In this document: positions 1 to 11,788 of the stretch, one piece after another | How positions within the stretch are numbered: the stretch's first letter is position 1 | How the letters are laid out: each line of letters begins with the position of its first letter | NCBI RefSeq assembly: GCF_006345805.1 | Contig: NC_043013.1 | Span: 43,214,001 to 43,278,000, forward strand | Source of the DNA: Octopus sinensis | Taxonomy: Eukaryota | DNA length: 64,000 nucleotides | Direction: 5' to 3' | Notes under the pieces: generated by a model | What the model was told of the DNA's origin: nothing | Seen by the model: only the letters and a program-made list of their open reading frames with translations | The model's database searches: none | Position numbers and translations under genes: made by a program

Positions 1-345
1 CAGCCCAGGCTCTGCTCTTCGTCAGGCTGAGCAAAGCAAACTGTCAAGGTATCGGTCCCTCTCTGACAGGTTTATAGTTGAGCTTGTGGAATTTCAGACC
101 CCTGGCATCCTTGGTCCTCCAGACCATATCCCTGCTCTCTGCTATTACGGCATGTCGTCTGCAGCCTGGTATCTTCCCTGGTGTACACGAGGCCCATGGA
201 ATTGGTTCCCAAAAGAAAGAGGGGAAAAGGCTACTGGAGTTTTGTGATACGACTAACCTATTGATCTGCAACACAAACTTCAGAAAGCCAGCCAACCATC
301 TGATAACCTACCAATCAGGTGTCTTTGCTAGCCAGATCGATTACA
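1..345 (+). mobile_element. RTE-clade LINE fragment, AP-endonuclease region
   Basis: Translates to GIFPGVHEAHGIGSQKKEGKRLLEFCDTTNLLICNTNFRKPANHLITYQSGVFASQIDY, typical of the RTE endonuclease (G.RLLEFC...L.I.NT.F...TY.S....QIDY). Confidence 0.8.
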
Positions 346-1045
346 ATCTGCCTTTCACTCTGAGGGAGAGGCCCTTTGTTGCCAGCGGAGGTAGGAGCTC
401 TTTCAACTTTGTACAGCCCAATCTTATTCTCACAGCTATGCTCTTGGAGCATCCACCTCTGCTTCTCACTCGGTCACCCTAACAGAAGCTATCTACTACT
501 AGCTTACCCCACTGGCAGTTTAATGGAGTCTATTTTCTATACATTTTCGGTGTGTATTGTACCTGTGTGTCTTCCACACAGAAAAACTATTTTCCTTGTT
601 AACCTTCCTCTGATATTGCTGCACCTCTTATGTGTCCATATCTTGCACTGGGTACATCTTATGGAGTTTCTACCTATGCCTTTTCTACAGATAGAGCAAG
701 GCCATCTAACTGAAGGGATTTATCATTTGTCTGCCTTCTTACTTACTAAGACTTTGGTTTTTGCTAGGTTAACTCTAAGGCCCTTTGGTTCTAGACCTTG
801 CTTCCATACCTGAAACTTCTTTACTTCTGGTGGTGATTGAGCTATAAGAACAATGTCACCAGCATAGAGGAGCTCCCAGGAGTAGCTTGTCTTAAATTCC
901 TCTGTTATTGCTTGGAGGACATGATGAACAAGAGGGGGCTGTGGACTGATCCTTGGTGAACCCCTATTTGTATCCTGAATTCTTCACTGCACTTGTTGTC
1001 AACCCTCACCTTACTGATGATGTTCTGGTCAGTAAATCAATGCCT
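346..1045 (-). mobile_element. RTE-clade LINE fragment, degraded RT and C-terminal Cys-rich region, inverted relative to 1-345
   Basis: Minus strand reads GVHQGSVHSPLLFI...WELLYAGDIVLIA...KGLRVNLAKTKVL...SICRKGIGRNSIRCTQCKIWTHKRCSNI, with stops and frameshifts. Confidence 0.8.
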
Positions 1046-1143
1046 AAGTGTTTCAGTCATTAATCCTGTGTAATGTGTGTATGTGTATCACTATATCCAT
1101 CCCTGTTACCTTACTGTATGCATTTTATTTCCCACTTCTCCAG

Positions 1144-1280
1144 AATGGACACTGGCTTTAGAAGAGATCCAGACCACATTGTGTATGAGTCTGACCGTCG
1201 AAATATGCTGCACAGCAGAGACATTGACCACAGAAGTGTATCAGCTCACAACCGTCTTGGCAGAATGAGAAACTCTCCAG
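1144..1280 (+). CDS. Penultimate coding exon of the + strand gene (MDTGFRRDPDHIVYESDRRNMLHSRDIDHRSVSAHNRLGRMRNSP)
   Basis: Pyrimidine-rich acceptor tttcccacttctccAG at 1143 and donor cag|GTAAAA at 1281. The 137-bp exon ends in phase 1, matching the 2145 exon (G|AT = Asp). Confidence 0.7.
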
Positions 1281-1731
1281 GTAAAACCTCCCCTCTTTAT
1301 ATAATCACACACACACACACATTTCTTTTATTCTTTCTTTTACTGGCTTCAGTCATTTGACTGCTGCCATGCCGGAGCACTGCCTTTAGTCAATGAAATT
1401 GACCCCAGGGCTTATTCTTTGTAAGCCCAGTACTTATTCCATCGGTTTCTTTTGCCGAACTGCTAAGTTATGGGGACATAAACACACCAACATCAGTTGT
1501 CAGGCGGTGGTGGTGGAGGGGCAAATTCGCACACACATACATACATATGACAGGCTTCTTTCCACTCACAAGGCTTTGGTCAGCCTGAGGCTATAGCAGA
1601 AGACACTTGCCCAAGGTGTGCTGCTGTGGGACTGAACCTGGAACCATGTTGTTGGGAAGCAAGCTTCTTACTACATAGCCTGTATATTTGAATATATATT
1701 CACATATACACATATATATACATACACACAA

Positions 1732-1766
<35 letters not shown>

Positions 1767-1894
1767 CATATGTGTATGTATATATATATATATATGCATA
1801 TATATGTGTATGTATATATATGCATACATATGTGTATGTATATATATATACATATGCATACATGTGTGTATATATATATATGCATACATATGTG

Positions 1895-1938
<44 letters not shown>

Positions 1939-2144
1939 TATACATGTGTATGTATTTATATATGCATATATGTGTATATATATATATATATAAAAGGGCA
2001 CCATTCGAGCATGATCGTTACCAAAGTCGCCTTACTGACACCTGTGCTGGGGGCATGTGTAAAAGGATTCGAGGGAGGTCGTTGCCAGTACTGCCTGACT
2101 GGCCCCCGTTAAACAATGATGATGATTTATTTTTTTCTTTCTAG

Positions 2145-2566
2145 ATCTTGACTGGAAAATGGATGAGTGGTCAAATATGTCTGGAAATGTGGGCAGTGGT
2201 GGCGGCGGCGGTGGAGGATCTCGACAGAGTGACCGGTGGATAAGCAGCAGTATGAGTGCCAACCATGACCATCAAGCGGGAGGAAGCAGCAGTATGAACA
2301 GTTCCAGTTATCTTGGTAGAGGCAGCGGCATGGGTGGCGGTGGCAGCAGCGGCGGAGGGATGGGTGGTAGTGGCAGTGGCGGGCTGATGTTGAACACAGG
2401 ACCTGGCAATGTATTTTCATACTCGCACCACAGCGGAATGATGAGCGGTGGTGGTGGTGGTGGCGGTGGCGGAGGTGGCGGCGGTGGAGGCGGAGGTGGT
2501 GGGGGCATGGGAGGGCAGATGAGGGATTCACATTATGAGAGCTACACAAACATGCGTCGGTTCTGA
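2145..2566 (+). CDS. Terminal coding exon, Gly/Ser/Met-rich low-complexity C-terminus (DLDWKMDEWSN...DSHYESYTNMRRF*); possibly a SAFB/SLTM-like RNA-binding protein
   Basis: Acceptor ttttttctttctAG at 2144, open frame to TGA at 2564-2566, GC-rich coding island in AT-rich DNA. The family guess rests only on the R/D-rich then Gly-rich tail ending in RRF, so it is weak. Confidence 0.7.
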
Positions 2567-2810
2567 GATTGGAAACACATGCCGATGCTGAGATTGGAAA
2601 CAGTCTTAGTGGCAGAACACCTGCATCTCTCTCTCTCTCTCTCTTTCTCTGTCTGTCTGTCTCTCTCTTTTTTTTTTTTTAATCCATAGTTCCCATCAGC
2701 ACCATCAATTTTTAATCTGTTTTGAGTTTGATGTTGAAATCTCAGTGTCCTTTGTGTGATATAAGGGAAGTAAATTTTATCCACACACTACTTTCTTGTT
2801 ATTATTATTG

Positions 2811-2859
<49 letters not shown>

Positions 2860-2929
2860 CATCATAAAATGAAGCCATTATGCTTTGATGGATGTGCAAT
2901 GTCAGTGGTTATGTATGACAGATGTGGTG

Positions 2930-3650
2930 TGCAAGAGAGATGACTGCTCTGGTATGGTCATATGATGCATATGGACGAGTACAGCTGTGTAAAGAAGTGC
3001 CATTCTCTAACTGTGGAGAGAACCCGTGGTAGAAGTAGACCCAGGAAAAAATCGCCAAAGGTCTTGGTCACTAGTCATCACCTCTGTGAGGCCCAAAATT
3101 CATGGGACAAGGTGGTGAAGCATGATCTTTGAATTTTGGGCCTCACAGAGGTGATGACTAGTGACCAAGACCTTTGGCGATTATGCTGTGCTTGAGAAGA
3201 CCTGTCAAGCTAAGTGAAATCGTTGTTGTGGCCGATGCTGGTGTCACGTAACTGGCACCCCTGCCAGTGGCATGTAAAAAAAAGGCATCTTTCAAGCATT
3301 GGGCCTTCAAAGTAGCCGATGCTGGTGTTTCATGAAAAGCACCTTTTGAGTGTTGGGTCTCATGGAGGCAATGACGAATGACCAAGGCCTTTGGAATTAT
3401 TGCCGTGCTTGAGAAGACCCATCAAGCCAAATAAAATCACAGTCGTGGTAGATGCTGGTGTCATGCAAATGGCACCCACGCTGGTGGCATGCAAAAGCAC
3501 TCATTACATTCTTGGAGTGGTTGGCATTAGGAAGGGCATGCAGGTGTAGAAACCATGTCAAATCAGACTGGAGTCTGGTGCAGCCTTCCAGCTTGCCAGC
3601 CCTTGTCAAACCATCCAATCCATGCCAGTGTGGACAATGGACATTAATGA
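2930..3650 (+). mobile_element. RTE LINE 3' end (degraded) with duplicated tail and (ATG)n terminus
   Basis: Reads like WYGH..HMDEYSCVKKCHSLTVERTRGRSRPRK/TWDKVVKHDL.ILGLTEVMTSDQDLWR. A second diverged tail copy lies at ~3355-3440, and the element ends in atgatgataatgatg. Confidence 0.7.
3050..3182. repeat. Perfect 53-bp inverted repeat with 27-nt loop
   Basis: 3050-3102 (aatcgccaaagg...cccaaaattca) is the exact reverse complement of 3130-3182. Confidence 0.95.
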
Positions 3651-3769
3651 TGATAATGATGATAATGAGTATTATTGTCACATTTCTCAGATTGAATGTA
3701 TGTCGATATTTTTTGATCAGGAGTGGGTCATAACTAACGACTATGGATCCTGTTAGCTTTCTCATTCTA

Positions 3770-4050
3770 GTTATATCGACATAAATCTTCTCAAAATCCT
3801 GGTTGTTCTGAGTTGTGCTGTTTTCAGGAGCATATCAGTGTTGATAATGAGTCCAAGCCACTTCCGAAATTGATTTATCGTTGTTCCAAGCGCTCCTATA
3901 ACATCAGGTATAACCTCCACTTTTCTCAGTTCCCACAATCATGCTCTCTCACGCTTCAAAATTTTGGTATCTGTCTGCTTTGTCCTTCTCTTTCTCTACC
4001 ACACAGATATCTCCTGGGATAGCAATGTCAATTATCCAGCAATTATTATT
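3770..4050 (-). mobile_element. Dong/R4-type LINE 3' fragment (restriction-like endonuclease)
   Basis: Minus strand reads CWIIDIAIPGDICVVEKEKDKADRYQN/LKRE..LWELRKVEVIPDVIGALG...LLKTAQLRTTRILRRFM. It abuts a short (TAA)n tract. Confidence 0.7.
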
Positions 4051-4560
4051 AAGGCAGCAAGCTGGCAGAACTATTAGCACGCTGGGCAAAATGCTTAGTG
4101 GCATTTCATCTGTCTTTACATTCTGAGTTCAAATTCCACTGAAGTCGTCTTTGACTTTCATCCTTTCGGAGTTGATAAAATGAGTACCAGATAAGTACTG
4201 GGTTCGATGTAATTGACTTCCTCCCTCCAAATTACTGGCCTTGAGCTAGAATTTTAAATCATTATTATTATTATTATTATTAAAAAAGCAGTGAGTTGGC
4301 AGAGTTGTTAGCATGCCGGATGAAGTCCACAGCAGTATTTCACTCATTGCTATGTTCTGAGTTCAAATTCTGCTGAGGTCAACTTTGCCATTCATCCTTT
4401 TGGGGTCAATAAATTAAGTACCAGTGAAACACTGGGGGTCAATGTAATCGATGAGTCATCTCCCCCAAAATTTCGGGCTTTGTGCCTTTAGTAGAAAGGA
4501 TTATTATTATTAAGGTGGCGAACTGACAGAATTGTTAGCATGCTGGGCGAAATGCTTCAT
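4051..4560 (+). mobile_element. Cluster of tRNA-derived SINEs (family 1, head ggcggcgagctggcagaa...gagttcaaattcc); more than 25 copies in the window
   Basis: A-box and B-box-like head plus conserved body ctttcatcctttcggggtcgataaa...ctggggtcgat. Further copies at ~5178-5350, 7840-9335, 41547-42385, 43430-43650, 48000-48190, 50075-50610 and 56470-56680. Confidence 0.85.
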
Positions 4561-5398
4561 GGGACTGAAGCCTTACTAAAACCAACCTCACCTTCAAGTG
4601 ATTTTAGTTATCATATTGACTAGTATTTCAGTCTAGTATGCAACTTGATACCACGTTCTACACTAGTATATCTACCTATCTGTCTATCCTTCTACTTACC
4701 TTTCTACCTGTCTGACTATCTATCTATCTATCTGTCTAGTTGACAAAAAATCTATGAATTGGAAAAATAGGCACTCGTTAGGAGATAGCATGGATATAAT
4801 ATTATTATTTATACGTAGGCGCAGCTGTGGCTGTGTGGTAAGAAGTTTGCTTCCCAACTACATGGTTCTAGGTTCAGTCCTACTGCGTGGCACCTCGGGT
4901 GAGTGTTTTCTATTATAGCCTCAGTTTGACTAAAGCCTTGTAAGTGAATTTAGTAGACAGAAACTCAAATAAGCCCATCGCATCTGTGTGTGTGTGTTTG
5001 TCCCCTATCACCGCTTGACAACTGGTGTTGGTGTGTTTGCATCCCTGTAACTTAGCGATTCAGCATAAAGGAGACTGACAGAATATGTGCTGGGGTTGAT
5101 TCATTTGACTAAAATATCAAGGTGGTACCCCAGCATGGTCACAGTCTAATGACTGAAACAAATAAAAGAATAATATAATTGTTTCTACTAAAAGCACAAG
5201 GCCTCAAATTTGGGGGAAGGGATTAAGTCGATTACATCGACCCCAGTGCGTAACTGGTACTTATTTAATTGACCCTGAAAGGATCAAAGGTAAAGTTGAT
5301 CTCAGCAGGATTTGAACTCAGGATGTAGTGATGGGTGAAATACCACTAAGTAGAAAGGATTATTTATATATAATATTATAGTCTCATGATAGCAAACT

Positions 5399-5449
5399 TA
5401 CCAAATGGTTTCATGTTAGGAATGGAAATTCAAATTCAGCCATCATCAG
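5399..5449 (-). ncRNA. Type I hammerhead motif (family A), intact core, degenerate stem I
   Basis: CUGAUGA-U..stem II..U-GAAA-CCA UU UGG-UA. Stem I is only partly paired (AGCUAUUU/AGUUUGCU). Confidence 0.55.
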
Positions 5450-6051
5450 AAATAGCTGAATGGAATAGTATGTCCTTGGCTCTTTGTCACTGGCAGCCCG
5501 AAAGTGTCACATCCAGATTATGGGTCTTAGAGCTGCTGTATAAAAATTGAGAAAATGAAGTTATGTCCCTTGAGTTGGGTTGTGCCTCACCAGAAGGCCA
5601 TGGCTGCCAAGGATAAGATTAGTTATATGCCTGATCCTATCCTCACCAAAAGAAAACACAAACTGCAAGGTTGCATACCTTACACACCTATTTTCCTCTT
5701 AATGTGAAGACTTGTGCAGGCGGAATTTTCCTTTGTTTAGTTGATAACCATTCCTCCGAAACACATAAATACAGAAAAATATTTAAGACACTGTCAGAGT
5801 CACTTTTGGCTGTGCATCTAACATTAAGAAAATATTAGTAAATTGGCCCAAATGTAGAACAGAGGCAGATTGTTCATGCTGAGTTAACTCCATTGCCAAC
5901 TAAACTGCCAATATGATATAAAAACTGTTATATACGAGGTGGAGGTAGTGTTCTCACAACCTATATATATGATTACTGTTCCAGTGGAACAGTAATCATG
6001 TTTTACATTATTTACATTTGATGGATATTTGTTCTCATCTTGTTTGTTGTT

Positions 6052-6097
6052 AACACAATGTTTCATCTGATGTACTCTCCAGCCTTCATCAGGTGTT
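6052..6097 (-). ncRNA. Minimal type I hammerhead (family B), degenerate
   Basis: AACAC CUGAUGA A GGCUG-loop-CAGAU GAAA CAUU GUGUU. Stems II and III are mutated. Confidence 0.6.
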
Positions 6098-6238
6098 CTG
6101 GGGGAATTTCGAACCTCGGTTCTCATTCCTAAGGTATTTTCCCGATGTTGTTATTATTCAGTCCACTGAATAACAATAATAATAATAATGTTGGAAAAAT
6201 ACCTTAGGAATGAGAACCCAGGTTCGAAATTTCCCTAA

Positions 6239-6284
6239 GACATCTGAAGAAGGCTGGAGAGTACATCAGCCAAAACGTTGTGTT
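6239..6284 (+). ncRNA. Minimal type I hammerhead (family B), G12 mutated
   Basis: GACAU CUGAAGA A GGCUG-loop-CAGCC AAAA CGUU GUGUU. Confidence 0.6.
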
Positions 6285-7730
6285 AACAACAAACAAGATG
6301 AGGACAAATATTCATCAAATGCATATAATGTACATAATTCCTCATCTCTCAAATATAGAACTGTATTACCAAGCATTTTGCCCAGCCTATTAACGATTCT
6401 GCCAGCTTGCCACCTTTATAATATTACTGGAACAGTAATCATCATCATTGTTTGATATCTTCCTTCCATGCTGGTATGGGTTGGACGGTTTGACAGGAGC
6501 TGGCCAGGTAGAAGACTACTCCAGGTTACTGTGTCTGTTTTGGCATGGTTTTTACAGGTGGATGCCCTTCCTAGCACCAATCACCCTACAGATTGGACTG
6601 AGTGTTTTTTACATGGCACCTGCACAGGTGTGACACTGTGAGGTGCAGGCATGGCTGTGTGGTTAAGAAGCTTGCTTCCCAACCATGTGGTCTTTGGTTG
6701 AATCCCACTGCATGGTACCATAGCCCTGGGTCAACCAAAACCTTATGAGTGGATTTGGTAGATGGAAACTGAAAGAAGATGTGTGTGTGTAACCTTGTCT
6801 AGATATTGCATGATGTTTGTAAATGAGCACCATCATCACAGAGGTGAGGTTGTTTGTTTCCAGCCTTGAAAAACATGTATAGTGGTGGAAAAAAGATTAT
6901 ATTGCTTGGCAACAGGTGAGGATTGGCAACAGAAAGGGCATCAGGCCAGTGAAAATCTGCTTTGACAAAATTTTATCTGACTCATGCAAGCATGAAAAAA
7001 TGGATGTTAAATAATAATGAATGGAAGGTTCCTTGAGAACTAGGTTCAAAAACCACGAGTCTTCGTATAATGTTCAGGAGAGGCATAATACTACAACCCT
7101 TGGGAAACATATGGACATTGAAGGAAAGTAGTGTTTTTCAAAATCAAGTGGAAGATATTGGAGGATTTCAAGCCTTACTTTAACAGCAGTAGGAGGTGCA
7201 GACTATGTTTGGCTGAGAAAAGGATCATGTTGAAGAACTCTCTCTTTACTTGAGCACCTGACAAAATTTTTTAAATGAGTTCTTTTTGCTCCTGCCCTTC
7301 TGGGTGCAAGCATCCTTTAGTGAACTGGTTAGCTGTAACATAAATATAAACATTGGCTCTTCCCACCATCAATGTTTTCCCCCTGCTCACTGCAATGTGA
7401 AAAATTTATATAATGTCCCCTCACACCCAACTTTTATAATATTTATAAACCCATAAAAATATAAGCATACATTGTTTAAAAATTAACCCTCCTTCACCCC
7501 TTGCCCACCCTCTTTCTACAAACAAATATGTACTGGGATACTTTTTTTTTTGTCCTAATTCAAGGGACATAACTCTAGTGGACTAAATATTTCTTTCCTT
7601 AGATTTGGTCTGGGTGGTTTCCTCCATGAATCTCATTCTAGATTTTATTCAGCAGCTCTATGACCCATAATCTGGATGTGACACTTTCAGGCCGCCAGTG
7701 CCAAAGAGCCCAGGACTTAATATTCCATTT

Positions 7731-7781
7731 CTGATGATTGCTGGAGTTGAATCTCCATTTCTAACATGAAACCATTTGGTA
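7731..7781 (+). ncRNA. Type I hammerhead motif (family A), intact core, degenerate stem I
   Basis: CUGAUGA-U-UGCUGGAG uugaau CUCCA..CUAACA-U-GAAA-CCA UU UGG-UA. Confidence 0.5.
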
Positions 7782-8305
7782 ATTTTGCTATCATGAGACT
7801 ACGATATAATATTGTACAAACATTAATAATAATAATAATCTTTTCTACTATAGGCACAAGGCCTGAAATTTTGTTGGAGGGGGCTAGTCAATTACATCAA
7901 CCCCAGTGTGTAACTGGTACTTTTTCCATCAACACTGAAAGAATGAAAGGCAAAGTTGACCTTGGTGGAATTTGAACTCAGAATGTAGTGACAGACGAAA
8001 TACCACTAAGCATTTTGTCTGATGTGCTAATGATTCTGCCAGCTCGCTCACTTTATGATGATGATAATAATAAATGTTTCTATGAAAGGCACAAAATCTG
8101 AAATTTTTTCAGGGGAGGAGACTAGTTGATTACCTTGAACCCTAGTACTCAACCGGTGCTTTATTTTATTGGTCCTGAAAGGATAAAAAACAAAGTCAAC
8201 TCTGGCGGAATTTGAACTCAGAACATGAAGACGGACGAAATGCCACCAAGCATTTTTTACATTATTTACATTTGATGGATATTTGTCCTCGTCTTGTTTG
8301 TTGTT

Positions 8306-8349
8306 AACAATGTTTTGGCTGATATACTCTCCAGCCTTCTTCAGGTGTT
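8306..8349 (-). ncRNA. Minimal type I hammerhead (family B), degenerate
   Basis: AACAC CUGAAGA A GGCUG-loop-CAGCC AAAA CAUU GUU. Confidence 0.5.
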
Positions 8350-8414
8350 CTGAGGGAATTTCGAACCTGGGTTCTCATTTCTAAGGTACTTTCCCGATGT
8401 TATTATTCAGGTCA

Positions 8415-8452
<38 letters not shown>

Positions 8453-8502
8453 TGTTGGAAAAATACCTTAGAAATGAGAACCCAGGTTTGAAATTCCTCC
8501 AG

Positions 8503-8548
8503 GTCACCTGATGAAGGCTGGAGAGTACATCAGCCAAAATGTTGTGTT
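8503..8548 (+). ncRNA. Minimal type I hammerhead (family B), degenerate
   Basis: GUCAC CUGAUGA A GGCUG-loop-CAGCC AAAA UGUU GUGUU. Confidence 0.5.
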
Positions 8549-9819
8549 AACAACAAACAAGATGAGGACAAACATCCATCAACTGTAAATAATGTACATA
8601 ATTCCTCATCTCTCAAATACAGAATTGTATTATCAAGCATTTTGCCCAGCCTACTAACGATTTTGCCAGCTTGCCACCTTAATAATATTAATCCTTTCTA
8701 CTATAGGCACAAGGCCTGAAAATTTGGGGGAAGGGGACTAGTCGATTACATCGACCCCAGTACTTAACTGGTACTTAGTTTATTGACCCTAAAAGGATGA
8801 AAAGTAAAGTCGACCTCGGTGGAATTTGAACTCAATGTCTTTAGGACAGATGGATAAAATGCTGCTAAACATTTTGCCTGGTGTGCTAACGATTCTGCCA
8901 GCTCACTGCCTTAACAGTAATAATAACAACAATAATACTAATAATCCTTTCTACTATAGGCACAAGGCCAGAAAACTGGTACTTAATTTATCGACCCCGA
9001 AAGAATGAAAGGTTAAGTCGACCTGGGCAGAATTTGAACTCAGAATGTAAAGGTGGATGAAATGCCACTAAGCATTTTGCCATACATACTAACGATTCTG
9101 CCAGCTCACTACCTTAACAATAATAATAACAACAATAAACTCACATGGGGAGTTGGCAGAATGCTTAGTGGAATTTGGCCTGTCTTTATGTTCTGAGTTC
9201 TAATTCGACTGAGGTCAACTTTGCTGTTCATCCCTTTGGGGTTGATAAAGTAAGAACGAGTTGGACACGGGGGGTGGGTCAATGTAATAGGCTTACTCCC
9301 TAACACAAAATTACTGGCCTTGTGCCAAAATAGGAAACCAATAATATACCTACACCATTTCTATTGGCACTTTATGTATGTGTGTGTGTTTGTATATATG
9401 AATATATATAAAACCTTGTGAATTTAAATGTCCTCAAACTATGATGAGTCTGGTCTCCATGACTGGTGATGAGAGTATTTCCATGTTTTCAGTTTTTCAT
9501 TACTTGATTTGTAGCAGACACAGCATCCTACTTTTTTGCCTACATAATATATATATATATATATATATATAAGTTTAACAATTAAGGATAATCTCTTAGT
9601 AAGGGATCTTAACAAGAAATTATCAGGTAGCTAGCGTGAAAACCTCATAAAAAAAGAATCCGAAAATAATTTTTTTCTTCTGAACAAATTAATTATATCT
9701 ATATTGTATAGAGGGCATTATTACACTAAATGCTTCACACTAGGAGGGACAGAGTCATTACTACCAAAATTATACTAATCATACCCAAATGCAGTTTTTC
9801 AAAGCAAGACATTTAAAAT

Positions 9820-9888
9820 GAATTATGTTCTGTATCACCGTGATTTCACATACAACTTGCGTCTAATGATCGTCAGCAGAACTGATTC
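9820..9888 (-). ncRNA. Type I hammerhead ribozyme (family C), array copy 1, complete
   Basis: GAAU CA GUUCUG CUGACGA U CAU UA GAC GCAA GUU GU AUG U GAAA UCA CGG UGA UA|CAGAAC AUA AUUC. Predicted cleavage between 9833 and 9832. Confidence 0.8.
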
Positions 9889-10292
9889 TGAATACATCAT
9901 AAATAAACTAACCTTACGTAGCGAAGACGAACAGACAACTGCTCTCTCCGGCCAAGCACATGGAATGTTTATAAATCATATATCCGGTAAATGGCGGGCT
10001 TTTTACGAACTGCATGTCGGGTAATGAAAAGTATTTCGGAATAAGTTTAACAATTAAGGATAATCTCTTAGTAGGGATCTAACAGAGAAATTATCAGGTA
10101 GCTAGCGTGAAAACCTCATAAAAGAAAAGAATCCGAAAATAATTTTTTTCTTCTGAACAAATTAATTATATCATATTGTATAGAGGGCATTATTACACAT
10201 AATGTCTCACACTAGGAGGGACAGAGTCATTACTACCAAAATTATACTAATCATACCCAAATGCAGTTTTTCAAAGCAAGACATTTAAAAAT

Positions 10293-10361
10293 GAATTATG
10301 TTCTGTATCACCGTGATTTCACATACAACTTGCGTCTAATGATCGTCAGCAGAACTGATTC
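10293..10361 (-). ncRNA. Type I hammerhead ribozyme (family C), copy 2, complete
   Basis: Identical 69-nt motif to copy 1. Confidence 0.8.
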
Positions 10362-10769
10362 TGAATACATCATAAATAAACTAACCTTACGTAGCGAAGA
10401 CGACGAACAGACAACTGCTCTCTCCGGCCAAGCACATGGAATGTTTATAAATCATATATCCGGTAAATGGCGGGCTTTTTACGAACTGCATGTCGGGTAA
10501 TGAAAAGTATTTCGGAATAAGTTAACAATTAAGGATAATCTCTTAGTAAGGGATCTTAACAAGAAATTATCAGGTAGCTAGCGTGAAAACCTCATAAAAG
10601 AAAAGAATCCGAAAATAATTTTTTTCTTCTGAACAAATTAATTATATCTATATTGTATAGAGGGCATTATTACACATAAATGCCTCACACTAGGAGGGAC
10701 AGAGTCATTACTACCAAAATTATACTAATCATACCAAATGCAGTTTTTCAAAGCAAGACATTTAAAAAT

Positions 10770-10837
10770 GAATTATGTTCTGTATCACCGTGATTTCACA
10801 TACAACTTGCGTCTAATGATCGTCAGCAGAACTGATC
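10770..10837 (-). ncRNA. Type I hammerhead ribozyme (family C), copy 3
   Basis: Core intact; 1-nt deletion in distal stem I. Confidence 0.75.
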
Positions 10838-11248
10838 TGAATACATCATAAATAAACTAACCTTACGTAGCGAAGACGAACAGACAACTGCTCTCTCCGG
10901 CCAAGCCATGGAATGTTTATAAATCATATATCCGGTAAATGGCGGGTTTTTACGAACTGCATGTCGGTAATGAAAAGTATTCGGAATAAGTTTAACAATT
11001 AAGGATAATCTCTTAGTAAGGGACTCTTAACAAGAAATTATCAGGAGTAGTAGCGTGAAGTGTGAAACCTCATAAAAGAAAAGAATCCGAAAATAATTTT
11101 TTTCTTCTGAACAAATTAATTATATCTATATTGTATAGAGGGCATTATTACACATAAATGCCTCACACTAGGAGGGACAGAGTCATTACTACCAAAATTA
11201 TACTAATCCTACCCAAATGCAGTTTTTCAAAGCAAGACATTTAAAAAT

Positions 11249-11317
11249 GAATTATGTTCTGTATCACCGTGATTTCACATACAACTTGCGTCTAATGATC
11301 GTCAGCAGAACTGATTC
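11249..11317 (-). ncRNA. Type I hammerhead ribozyme (family C), copy 4, complete
   Basis: Identical 69-nt motif to copy 1. Confidence 0.8.
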
Positions 11318-11720
11318 TGAATACATCATAAATAAACTAACCTTACGTAGCGAAGACGAACAGACAACTGCTCTCTCCGGCCAAGCACATGGAATGTTTA
11401 TAAATCATATATCCGGTAAATGGCGGGCTTTTTACGAACTGCATGTCGGGTAATGAAAAGTATTCGGAATAAGTTTAACAATAAGGATAATCTCTTAGTA
11501 AGGGATCTTAACAAGAAATTATCAGGTAGCTAGCGTGAAAACCTCATAAAAGAAAAGAATCGAAAATAATTTTTTTCTTCTGAACAAATAATTATATCTA
11601 TATTGTATAGAGGGCATTATTACACATAAATGCCTCACACTAGGAGGGACAGAGTCATTACTACCAAAATTATACTAATCATACCCAAATGCAGTTTTTC
11701 AAAGCAAGACATTTAAAAAT

Positions 11721-11788
11721 GAATATGTTCTGTATCACCGTGATTTCACATACAACTTGCGTCTAATGATCGTCAGCAGAACTGATTC
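11721..11788 (-). ncRNA. Type I hammerhead ribozyme (family C), copy 5, abutting the inversion point
   Basis: Core intact; 1-nt deletion in distal stem I. Confidence 0.75.

Larger units (their letters stand above)
6000..6427. mobile_element. Inverted pair of PLE pLTR-like fragments (family B) plus a carried SINE flank, within a 15-bp direct repeat
   Basis: ~6001-6152 is the reverse complement of ~6190-6335. tggaacagtaatcat occurs at 5985-5999 and 6428-6442. Confidence 0.75.
5379..7801 (+). mobile_element. Degraded Penelope-like element (GIY-YIG class) bounded by inverted terminal repeats and interrupted by later insertions
   Basis: ~5680-5840 reads P.FPLNVKTCAGGIFLCLVDNHSSETHKYRKIF/TVRVTFGCASNIKKIL. 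~7030-7250 reads LRTRFKNHESSYNVQERHNTTTLGKH/IKWKILEDFKPYFNSSRRCRLCLAEK. 5379-5577 is an inverted homolog of 7559-7801. Confidence 0.75.
8257..8633. mobile_element. Second inverted pair of family B pLTR-like fragments, inserted into a SINE
   Basis: Same arms as 6000-6427, with a (taa)n spacer. caagcatttt is duplicated at 8247-8256 and 8634-8643. Confidence 0.75.

Noticed and set aside
10261-10500. Repeated 78-79 aa ORF (MQFFKARHLK...) in the tandem array
   Set aside because: It is antisense to the ribozyme, has no recognisable domain, and is broken by indels in several copies. It recurs only because the DNA repeats.
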